Positions 1 to 7,127 of a stretch of 64,000 bases of DNA are shown piece after piece. Where the stretch lies: positions 4,726-68,725 of the forward strand of contig JAGOQQ010000005.1 in assembly GCA_017991395.1 (NCBI GenBank), read 5' to 3'. The position numbers and the translations under genes were made by a program. Origin of the DNA: Minisyncoccota bacterium (GTDB taxonomy: Bacteria > Patescibacteriota > Minisyncoccia > Phycocordibacterales > UBA9973). The notes below the pieces were generated by a model. That model had not been told where the DNA came from. It searched no databases and saw only the letters and a list, made by a program, of their open reading frames with translations. Within the stretch, counting starts at the first letter, position 1. The number at the start of each line of letters is the position of its first letter.

Positions 1-1816
1 AGATCTTTTCAGATGAAATAATCATATTCTTCAAAGAAAAATTAAACGCACCAATAGAGCTTTCAAATCTCCTGACCAATAGACGCCTCATGAATTTTGA
101 AACGTTTACCTGAGCTTGTTTTATTTGTTGAATTTTTTCTTCAGGAGAAATGCCGTCTTCTTCGTATTCTTCAACTAATTTTTTCGCAAAACCAGACCCT
201 TCTTTTAAATAACTCAAAATCTTATATCGAACACCGCGAAAACCAACACTCCTGTCTTCGGGTGAAATTTTTTCTAGAGTGTTTGCATACAAATCAAACA
301 TTTCTCCCAAATCGTATTCTAGTAATTCAGGATCCTTAACTTTTGCAAAAGATACTCCTTGTGCTTTAAGGTCTTCTTTATATTCTTCAATTTCATCCAA
401 ATCCAATCTGGAACGTCTAATGATAAGGGGTTCTATCATTTTTCTCAATTCATCGGCAATTGAGTTTAATTCCACTTTAATCTCTGTGTCTTCAGATGAA
501 TTTTTACGCAACTCTCTTCTTACAGCTTTATATCTTTTGAACAGTGCATGAAAAGACATACTTAAGTTCTCTACGGTTCTAATTGTAGATTGACCCGGAG
601 TGCTAAATAGTTTTATAAGTGCGTAAATATCTTTTGGATCATTATTAAATGGTGTTGCAGAAAGAGCCATTACATAATGCCCCGCGCAAAGTCTATGCAA
701 CATTTTATAATTTTCAGTGTCCTCATTCCGGTGTTTATGCGCTTCGTCTAGAATGAAAAGAATTTTTCCAGTATCTGAGCCATGCCTATCTAATGCTTCC
801 TGAATTTTTCCTGTTGAATAAACTAATCCCTTAAAATCAAATTCAGACATATAATCCTTCCATTGATTTTCAAGATGAGGAGGAGCGATAACAATAGTTT
901 TAAGTCCTAAATTGTGTGCTATTGCTGATGCAATAATACTTTTTCCAAGCCCCACAACATCAGCAATAATTACTCCTCCAAATTTTTTGATTCGATCTAT
1001 CCCAAGATTAATTGCATCTTTTTGATATTTAAGATCAGAAAATTTACCTCCAGTTATATGTTTTGGAGTTTTCATGTCCTCAATTTCAGTAACAGAAAAA
1101 TACTCACTAAGTACTTTGTAATACATTAAGAGAGGATCTGGGAGAGAATAAAGCCATATTTTACTTTTTATCTCTTTTATAAAATTATCTGAAGACTCAA
1201 TATCAGTTATTGTTATATTATTTTCATCGTTCCAGTGATCTTCAAAATACGTAACCTGTTTATCATAATGGTGATTTTCTTCCAAAAGAATATTGAACTC
1301 TCTCTGTCCTTTTAAACCAGACTCACTAAGGTTACTGGATCCAATAACGACATATCCTTTTTGACCATCAGACGTATCAATTTTATTTAAAATATAAAAT
1401 TTTGAGTGATCTGGCTCAGCTGTCTTCTTAATTTGTAAACTACCATCTTTTATTTTGTCCAAAAAAATTTCAAACGCTTTTTGAGATTCTTCATTATCGA
1501 AGTAGTCCGTATCATTAAAGATTTGAGAAAAAGTATCTATATAGTCAGTTTTTGCTCCGGCACGAGAAGAAATATTTGTTTCAACCACATTAGAATCAAA
1601 ATTTAAATCTTTTAATACGGAAACTTTATCAATGATCTTCTTATCAATATCCATTCCAACTAAAATTCGGATTTGCTTGTCTTTTAATTCATTATGTAAA
1701 TCTTTAAATCCAGAAAAGTAGAAATAACCAACCAAGGCATCAATTTTGTCGCACTTTGGCAAAATTGATTTTAAGTTAGATGAAAGTGTATTTGTTCCAG
1801 TGTTTGTTATTGCCAT
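1..1816 (-). CDS. PLD-like (HKD) nuclease domain fused to SNF2-family helicase N-terminal domain. The gene is partial and its C-terminal part runs off the window start.
   Basis: Manual reverse translation from the ATG at 1816-1814. The N-terminal part has an HxK(x)4D(x)6GSxN motif (HSKFYILNKIDTSDGQKGYVVIGSSNLS). Further in are SNF2 motif I (DVVGLGKS), a DEAH box (LDEAHKHRNE) and motif III (LSATP). The reading frame stays open to position 1. The ORF is not in the supplied track because it is truncated by the window edge. Confidence 0.75.
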   Translation of the reverse strand, partial: MAITNTGTNTLSSNLKSILPKCDKIDALVGYFYFSGFKDLHNELKDKQIRILVGMDIDKKIIDKVSVLKDLNFDSNVVETNISSRAGAKTDYIDTFSQIFNDTDYFDNEESQKAFEIFLDKIKDGSLQIKKTAEPDHSKFYILNKIDTSDGQKGYVVIGSSNLSESGLKGQREFNILLEENHHYDKQVTYFEDHWNDENNITITDIESSDNFIKEIKSKIWLYSLPDPLLMYYKVLSEYFSVTEIEDMKTPKHITGGKFSDLKYQKDAINLGIDRIKKFGGVIIADVVGLGKSIIASAIAHNLGLKTIVIAPPHLENQWKDYMSEFDFKGLVYSTGKIQEALDRHGSDTGKILFILDEAHKHRNEDTENYKMLHRLCAGHYVMALSATPFNNDPKDIYALIKLFSTPGQSTIRTVENLSMSFHALFKRYKAVRRELRKNSSEDTEIKVELNSIADELRKMIEPLIIRRSRLDLDEIEEYKEDLKAQGVSFAKVKDPELLEYDLGEMFDLYANTLEKISPEDRSVGFRGVRYKILSYLKEGSGFAKKLVEEYEEDGISPEEKIQQIKQAQVNVSKFMRRLLVRRFESSIGAFNFSLKNMIISSEKI

Positions 1817-1820
1817 AAAT

Positions 1821-2042
1821 TTATTTCAAAAGTTCGCTACTGGAAATCCCAAGCGCTTTAGAAATTTTTTCTAAAGTTGAAAGAGTAGGATTCATTCGAC
1901 CATTTTCAATGTTGCTGATATATGCTCTATCAACACTCAAAGCGTTCGCAAGGTCTACTTGCGACATGTTTTTTTTCAAACGCCATTTTCTTAGGTTTTC
2001 CCCAAGTTTCTTTCCGGATGACATAAATGGATTATATTCCAA
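1821..2042 (-). CDS. XRE-family helix-turn-helix transcriptional regulator
   Basis: The sequence MSQVDLANALSVDRAYISNIENGRMNPTLSTLEKISKALG is a typical Cro/C1-type HTH. The stop codon lies 4 nt before the ATG of the downstream PLD-SNF2 gene. The likely true start is the internal Met at 2024, which is leaderless with respect to the -10 at 2031-2036. Confidence 0.8.
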   Translation of the reverse strand: MEYNPFMSSGKKLGENLRKWRLKKNMSQVDLANALSVDRAYISNIENGRMNPTLSTLEKISKALGISSSELLK

Positions 2043-2072
2043 GTTGCATCACATTACAACGTGTAATATAAT
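2031..2072. promoter_or_regulatory. Divergent promoter pair with a palindromic operator
   Basis: The plus-strand promoter is TTGCAT (2044-2049), a 17-nt spacer, then TATAAT (2067-2072). The minus-strand promoter is TTGTAA (rc of 2054-2059), a 17-nt spacer, then TATAAT (rc of 2031-2036), ending 7 nt before the Met codon at 2024. The palindrome ATTACA-acg-TGTAAT (2053-2067) sits inside both spacers and is the probable XRE operator. Confidence 0.55.
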
Positions 2073-2079
2073 TCACATA

Positions 2080-2445
2080 GGGCATGTCCGCCCCGAATTT
2101 CGCCAAAAGAAAACGGATGGAGCAAGCGGAGGATTCCTCCCCAGACCCCTTCTCCTCCGCTTGCGAAATCCGAAATTAGCCGAGGTTTTGCGGAAACCAT
2201 ATCCCCAGAAAAATGCTTCCGCAAAACCGAGTCCGCATTGTATTCGTGCTTCCGTCCTTTTCCTTTTGGAAAAGCTCTGTGCTTCGCACAGAGGCGCTTC
2301 AGCGCAACGGATGCACGAGATTAGTCACTTTGCCGTTCGAAAAAAGTTCGAGCAAAGTGTACGATTAGAGCACTAAAACAGTAGTAAAAAGAAATGGTGA
2401 GATGTATCTGTATTTACCTCCTCTCCTAGACAGGAGAGGATTGAG
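2080..2445 (+). ncRNA. Candidate structured leader or ncRNA. It is GC-rich relative to its surroundings and has nested stems. The class is unknown.
   Basis: It lies downstream of the plus-strand promoter. There is a perfect 11-bp stem gcaagcggagg (2122-2132) with cctccgcttgc (2153-2163), nested inside cgaatttcgc...gcgaaatccg. A 12-bp stem joins ggttttgcggaa (2183-2194) with ttccgcaaaacc (2217-2228). An 8-bp stem joins ctctgtgc with gcacagag (2275-2293). The terminal hairpin cctctcct-agac-aggagagg (2421-2440) contains the RBS for the GTG start at 2446. I recognised no known riboswitch consensus. Confidence 0.35.
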
Positions 2446-2854
2446 GTGAGGTTGATTGTACATTCCATGAATAGAATAATTAACAACTCAAATAGAAAAA
2501 GTTTTCGTAAAGAGTTGCGGAAAAATCAAACTCCGCAAGAAATTATTTTATGGTCTAAGGTACGAAATAATCAAACTGGTTTTAAATGGCGCCGACAAGT
2601 AAGTATCGGCTCATATATTGCTGATTTTTACTGTAAGGAAAAATTCTTGGTAATAGAAATTGATGGTTCACAACACGAAGATGCTAAGCTTTATGACAAG
2701 CAAAGGGAGAAATTTTTTCAAAATTTAGGAATTAAAACTCTTCGCTTTTGGAACAACGAAATAAATACCAACATCGAAGGTGTGATGCTTAAAATTTATT
2801 CCGAATTATCAAATACACTACCTCACCCCAACCCTCTCCTGGCAAGGAGAGGGG
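2417..2854 (+). mobile_element. DUF559 ORF bracketed by ~35-bp hairpin-containing terminal inverted repeats. It may be a small selfish element.
   Basis: The left repeat is CCTCCTCTCCTAGACAGGAGAGGATTGAGGTGAGG (2417-2451). The reverse complement of the right repeat (2821-2854) is CCCTCTCCTTGCCAGGAGAGGGTTGGGGTGAGG. The two differ only in the loop and a few spacer bases. Confidence 0.35.
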
Positions 2855-2883
2855 GCACCCAAAAACTCAACACACCAAAATGA
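2446..2883 (+). CDS. DUF559 endonuclease-domain protein with a Vsr-like fold
   Basis: It contains FLVIEIDGSQHED ... LGIKTLRFWNNEI, a typical DUF559 core. It starts with GTG after the RBS AGGAGAGG. Its stop overlaps the miaA ATG (ATGA). The C-terminal 20 aa are encoded by the right inverted repeat. Confidence 0.65.
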   Translation: MRLIVHSMNRIINNSNRKSFRKELRKNQTPQEIILWSKVRNNQTGFKWRRQVSIGSYIADFYCKEKFLVIEIDGSQHEDAKLYDKQREKFFQNLGIKTLRFWNNEINTNIEGVMLKIYSELSNTLPHPNPLLARRGGTQKLNTPK

Positions 2884-3740
2884 AAGAAAAAGAACTCAAT
2901 CAAAAACCCAAAATCATCGTCGTCTGTGGACCTACCGCCACAGGCAAAAGCGACTATGCGGTCACTCTCGCCAAAAAAACTTCAGGTGAGATAATTTCTG
3001 CTGATTCACGCCAAGTCTACAAAGGACTTGATATTGGTAGTGGGAAAATAACAAAAAAAGAAATGCGTGGTGTTCCCCATCACCTTCTTGATGTTGTCTC
3101 ACCAAAAAAAGTTTTCACTGTCGAGCAATTTCAAAAACTCGGAAAGAAAGCAATTTCCAATATTTTGAAAAAAGGCAAAACTCCTATCATCTGCGGTGGA
3201 ACTGGATTTTATATTGACGCTCTAGTGTATGAATCAAACTTCCCTGCCGTTCCGCCAAACAAATCACTTCGTACACAACTTGAGAAAAAATCTGTTGAAG
3301 AATTGTTTGAACTTGTACAAGAAAAAGATCCAGAGCGCGCAGATACTATCGACAGCAAAAACAAAGTGCGACTCATTCGCGCACTTGAAATAATTGATGC
3401 TATAGGAAAAGTGCCTAATGTCAAAAAAGAATCTACATATGATGTGGAGTGGATTGGACTAGATTTCCCCGACGAAATTCTCAAGGAACGAATTCACAAC
3501 AGACTTCTCGCACGAATTAAAAAAGGAATGCTCAAAGAAGCACACAATTTGCATACACAAGGTCTCTCATGGAAAAGAATGCGTGAACTTGGACTCGAAT
3601 ATCGATTTATGGCAGATTACCTCACAGGAAAAATATCGAAAGATGAAATGATAACACTACTCGAAACGGCAATCTGGCAGTACGCAAAAAGACAGAGGAC
3701 TTGGTTTAAGAGGAACAAGGAGATACGGTGGGTGAAATAG
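2880..3740 (+). CDS. miaA: tRNA dimethylallyltransferase
   Basis: The P-loop is IIVVCGPTATGKS. The motifs SADSRQVYKGLDIGSGK and ICGGTGFYIDAL match MiaA. Confidence 0.9.
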   Translation: MKEKELNQKPKIIVVCGPTATGKSDYAVTLAKKTSGEIISADSRQVYKGLDIGSGKITKKEMRGVPHHLLDVVSPKKVFTVEQFQKLGKKAISNILKKGKTPIICGGTGFYIDALVYESNFPAVPPNKSLRTQLEKKSVEELFELVQEKDPERADTIDSKNKVRLIRALEIIDAIGKVPNVKKESTYDVEWIGLDFPDEILKERIHNRLLARIKKGMLKEAHNLHTQGLSWKRMRELGLEYRFMADYLTGKISKDEMITLLETAIWQYAKRQRTWFKRNKEIRWVK

Positions 3741-3838
3741 AATTAGTTTTTTGACAAAAAATTCTTTTTATGTATAATAAATACTGCCTAACTCTTGGGG
3801 CATAATACCAAGAATTCGTTCATTTAAATTTAATAATA

Positions 3839-4717
3839 ATGATTCAAAAAATCAGAGAAACACAGAAAACCCATCTTCTAAACATGTTTGGAAATGTGAT
3901 TGATGCTCAATCCCTCACCAAGGATGAGGCACAAGTAATTATTACTCATGGCAATCAGTTGAAGGAAGACTTATTTAAGACTACAAAAGATTTTGTTCAA
4001 AGAGCTTTGTGGCAAGGAAATAACTATCCTAAAGATTATCGCCGTAAGCCAGTTGAACGTCAGGTAAACATTTTAGCCTCAGTTTTTGATTTATCAACTG
4101 ATGAAACAATGAAGTTTGTTACAGAACGATTACCTAACATTAAACTGCCCCGCCATGCCGAAGGATGGTTCGCAATTCCCTCTATCGAAGCTGTTGCGAA
4201 AAAACATTTTCCACAGGTAACAGGTGATATTGATCAGTATCGTGAATGTATTCGATTTGTTTGTAAAAAAGTTAAAGACACACGAGTATTTAGCGATTAC
4301 GGTTTGGGGTACTTCAATCATCATTCGTTCATGGAAAGACCAAAATCTTTAAACGCTTTTGGTTGGATGGGTGGACAAAAGGGAGAAATTATTATTATTC
4401 CTGCACAATTAGGAATGCGCTACCAAGGAAAGTCTATTAATGATGCTTTACAAGCATTCAGAAAAGAAGAATTTCCACTTGGAATGTTTGAAGTGCTTTC
4501 AATTCTCCTTACTCATCCTAAACGATTAGGAATTTATTCCGGTCTTGGTATGACATGTGCAGACAACGCTATATCAAACGATGGAGTTCCTAAGTATCCT
4601 CATTTTTGGATGGATTCAACAGAGCCTTCTTGGGGTGATAGAATAAACTTTCAAAACAGATTGAATGGTTATGACACACAACCTTATTATGCTGTCCTTT
4701 CTGGATTTAAATTTTAA
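3839..4717 (+). CDS. hypothetical protein
   Basis: It is a 292-aa ORF with coding-like composition. I recognised no motif. Confidence 0.5.
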   Translation: MIQKIRETQKTHLLNMFGNVIDAQSLTKDEAQVIITHGNQLKEDLFKTTKDFVQRALWQGNNYPKDYRRKPVERQVNILASVFDLSTDETMKFVTERLPNIKLPRHAEGWFAIPSIEAVAKKHFPQVTGDIDQYRECIRFVCKKVKDTRVFSDYGLGYFNHHSFMERPKSLNAFGWMGGQKGEIIIIPAQLGMRYQGKSINDALQAFRKEEFPLGMFEVLSILLTHPKRLGIYSGLGMTCADNAISNDGVPKYPHFWMDSTEPSWGDRINFQNRLNGYDTQPYYAVLSGFKF

Positions 4718-4736
4718 TTGAATTTAAACTTTTATA

Positions 4737-4766
4737 CCGCTTGCATTTTGCAGGCGGTATTTTTAT
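4737..4766 (+). terminator. rho-independent terminator
   Basis: The hairpin is ccgcttgc-atttt-gcaggcgg, followed by a T-run. Confidence 0.6.
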
Positions 4767-4822
4767 TTCTCAATTTAATATTATGGTAAAAGTATCTAAA
4801 AACGCTACTTTTTCACATCTAC

Positions 4823-5020
4823 GGAGGATGAAGGAATCTTTCCTTGCAGGAACAGTATACCTTTTCGGTGGAGATGAAGGAATCGGTCACAAGTCTTTTT
4901 CTACTGAAAAAGCTCGCGACCCCGCCTCCCGCCGTCGCGGTCCGGCTTTCGATTCCTTCATCCCTCTCGCAATGATGATACAAAAAGACAGAGCGTTTAG
5001 CTCTGCCTTTTTGTTCATTG
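4823..5020. repeat. Array of tRNA-Trp 3'-end-derived fragments joined to conserved element-end sequences
   Basis: GGAGGATGAAGGAATC (4823-4838) is a direct copy of the tRNA-Trp acceptor and T-arm up to the T-loop. It is followed by the 29-mer TTTCCTTGCAGGAACAGTATACCTTTTCG (4839-4867), which recurs at 50578-50606. A second copy GGAGATGAAGGAATCG (4870-4885) is followed by GTCACAAG..TTTTTCT. An inverted partial copy lies at 4947-4965. Confidence 0.6.
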
Positions 5021-5091
5021 CGGGGGATGAAGGAATCGAACCCTCACCAAAGGTTTTGGAGACCTTCGTTCTACCACTAAACTAATCCCCC
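5021..5091 (-). tRNA. tRNA-Trp (anticodon CCA)
   Basis: Manual fold: acceptor gggggat/atccccc, anticodon stem aaggt/acctt, loop ctCCAaa, T-arm gaggg-ttcgatt-ccttc. CCA is not encoded. Confidence 0.8.
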
Positions 5092-5261
5092 ATCTCCGCC
5101 ACAAGGGCGGACGACGCGAATGCCCAGCAAAATAATAATTATGCGGGATCACTTTCCTAAACTAAAGTGTTAGGACTAGAAAGAACATATAACAAAAAAG
5201 AAAAAGGAATCCCTTTTCTTTTTTGCAGTTCTAGTATAGCAAACCTTTCAATAGTAAGAAA

Positions 5262-5423
5262 CTATTTCTTTGCTTCCTTGTGAACAGTGTTTTTCTTACA
5301 CCATTTGCAGTACTTTTTGAGCTCGATCTTTTTTGTAACGAGCTTCTTATTTTTACTTGACCAGTAGTTGATTCTTTTACAACTTCCGCAGGCAAGCTTT
5401 ATCAATCTGTCTTGTGATGCCAT
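5262..5423 (-). CDS. rpmG: 50S ribosomal protein L33
   Basis: The 53-aa product is MASQDRLIKLACGSCKRINYWSSKNKKLVTKKIELKKYCKWCKKNTVHKEAKK, with a Cys4 zinc ribbon and the conserved KYC..C..HTVHKE motif. It is under 60 aa and so is missing from the ORF track. Confidence 0.8.
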   Translation of the reverse strand: MASQDRLIKLACGSCKRINYWSSKNKKLVTKKIELKKYCKWCKKNTVHKEAKK

Positions 5424-5517
5424 AGTGGGTATACAATACTATAATTTGTTTAAAAATGCAAGGATATATTATGGACAAAAGTGCAATAAAATGCTATTTT
5501 ATTTAGGTGTAAAGTAT

Positions 5518-5600
5518 GCGTCGGTGGTAGAGTGGTCAATTACAACAGACTGTAAATCTGTCGGCTTCGGCCTACGTAGGTTCAAATCCTACCCGGCGCA
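5518..5600 (+). tRNA. tRNA-Tyr (anticodon GTA)
   Basis: The acceptor is gcgtcgg/ccggcgc with one G-U pair. The anticodon loop is ctGTAaa. It has a long variable arm and the T-arm gtagg-ttcaaat-cctac. Confidence 0.8.
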
Positions 5601-5604
5601 CAAT

Positions 5605-5655
5605 AAAAATCCCCGTAAGGGGATTTTTTTGACGGGTAGGATTTGAACCGAAGGT
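5605..5655 (+). terminator. Terminator hairpin followed by an inverted copy of the tRNA-Tyr 3' end
   Basis: The hairpin atccccgtaaggggat plus a T-run lies at 5609-5630. It is followed by gacgggtaggatttgaacc (5632-5650), which is the rc of the T-arm and acceptor region of tRNA-Tyr and ends inside the T-loop. Confidence 0.6.
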
Positions 5656-5784
5656 GCCAATTTTTAATGAGCTTGCGTAGTATAAGCGATTGCTAAAAAT
5701 TGAGCATCTCGACTGAAAGGAGAGGCAAATCCTAATAATATATAAAAAATGAGCTACTGTTTTTTAAACAATAGCTCATTATAT

Positions 5785-6381
5785 TTAAAAGATTAAATCT
5801 CTTTTTTCTTTCAACAAATACTCAAACAATACAGCTCGAGTTCTATCTTCAGAAAATTTACGCTCAAGTAAAAGTTTAAATACTTCTTTGTACGTCATCT
5901 CAACAATTTCGATTCTTTCATCATCTTCAGGTCGAGGTTTTCCTTTCTGAAATTCTTCAACAAGATAATAATGCAAATCATGCTCAACGGTAGCAGACGA
6001 AGGAGAAACATAAAAAGGCTTCAGCCTTTCAATAAAAATACCAATCTCTTCTTTTGCTTCACGAATAATCGCATCACGAAGCATGTATTCATTCCCAGAA
6101 TTATCTGATCCGTCTTTTTCAAGAAAATCAAGATACTCACAAAGATTGTCGGCGACCTTTCCTCCAGTCAACCGATAATCCCACGGTTGATCAAGATATT
6201 CCCTTTTTTCTTTTTGAAAAATTAATCCTGTTTCTGTAGGAATTATTGCTCTTACCCCGGGAGATCTCCGGAAATATTCCTTGCCTTTTTCATTCTGAAG
6301 AACTTGTCCAATTTTTCCGTTAAACACAGGACTATATCCGTCGCGTGCATCAATTGCATAATTAATTGGTTTTATTTTCAT
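5785..6381 (-). CDS. NUDIX hydrolase
   Basis: It carries a Nudix box-like sequence, GGKV...E...LRDAIIREAKEEIGI. Confidence 0.6.
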   Translation of the reverse strand: MKIKPINYAIDARDGYSPVFNGKIGQVLQNEKGKEYFRRSPGVRAIIPTETGLIFQKEKREYLDQPWDYRLTGGKVADNLCEYLDFLEKDGSDNSGNEYMLRDAIIREAKEEIGIFIERLKPFYVSPSSATVEHDLHYYLVEEFQKGKPRPEDDERIEIVEMTYKEVFKLLLERKFSEDRTRAVLFEYLLKEKRDLIF

Positions 6382-6548
6382 AGTTATTATTTTTAAATAT
6401 TATATATAATTTTAAATATTTGTCAATATTATAAAATTGATTAGCAAACACTTTACATAAGTGTTTTCATGATACCAACTATGTAGCGCTTTGACTTCTT
6501 TGTTATTGACAGGAACTTTAAATATGTTATTATTGTGAAAAACCGAAC

Positions 6549-7091
6549 ATGAAAAAGGACCCTAGAATCAAGAATCTTGAAAGGATTCACAAAAAACTTC
6601 AATCAACTACCGATAGATTGGGAATGCCCATCGATAAGGGTATTTTTAATACTGTGAAGTACCTCAATGCACTGGGCTACAAAACATCAATGAGCTGTGA
6701 GGGGCATCTTAAAAAATCTGGAAAATTACCTAATGGCGGACTACCATTTCCTTGGGTGGTAATTGATTACGCTAATGACAATGCTGATTTGCAAAAAATG
6801 ACTGACAGCGAAAGGAAACTGTACAAAAAGAATCAACTAAAGAAATGTTTTCCTGTGATGAACGAAATATTAGGTCTTATTGATGAATTTTATAAAAACA
6901 GGCACCATGTGCCATCAATACACAAAATCACAGTAATACCATTTCATCAGGGAAAATTGCGCATTCAAAGTCTTTCTGGATACTTTATTGAAGCTCAACC
7001 AAAAAAAGTTCAATCTGAATGGTTTTTCATAACCAGTATGGAAATGCGATATTTTACAAAATTCTTAGGAATAAAGTACTTCTCAAAATAA
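6549..7091 (+). CDS. hypothetical protein
   Basis: It is a 180-aa ORF. A bidirectional terminator, atcccccttccgggggat (7100-7117), follows it. Confidence 0.45.
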   Translation: MKKDPRIKNLERIHKKLQSTTDRLGMPIDKGIFNTVKYLNALGYKTSMSCEGHLKKSGKLPNGGLPFPWVVIDYANDNADLQKMTDSERKLYKKNQLKKCFPVMNEILGLIDEFYKNRHHVPSIHKITVIPFHQGKLRIQSLSGYFIEAQPKKVQSEWFFITSMEMRYFTKFLGIKYFSK

Positions 7092-7127
7092 GTATTTAAA
7101 AATCCCCCTTCCGGGGGATTTTATAAT

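Noticed and set aside
1909-2376. 155-aa plus-strand ORF across the GC-rich region
   Set aside because: It coincides with long perfect inverted repeats and has no RBS. Its composition is Pro/Arg/Leu-rich in a way typical of GC-rich non-coding sequence read in frame. I interpreted it as structured RNA or a leader instead.
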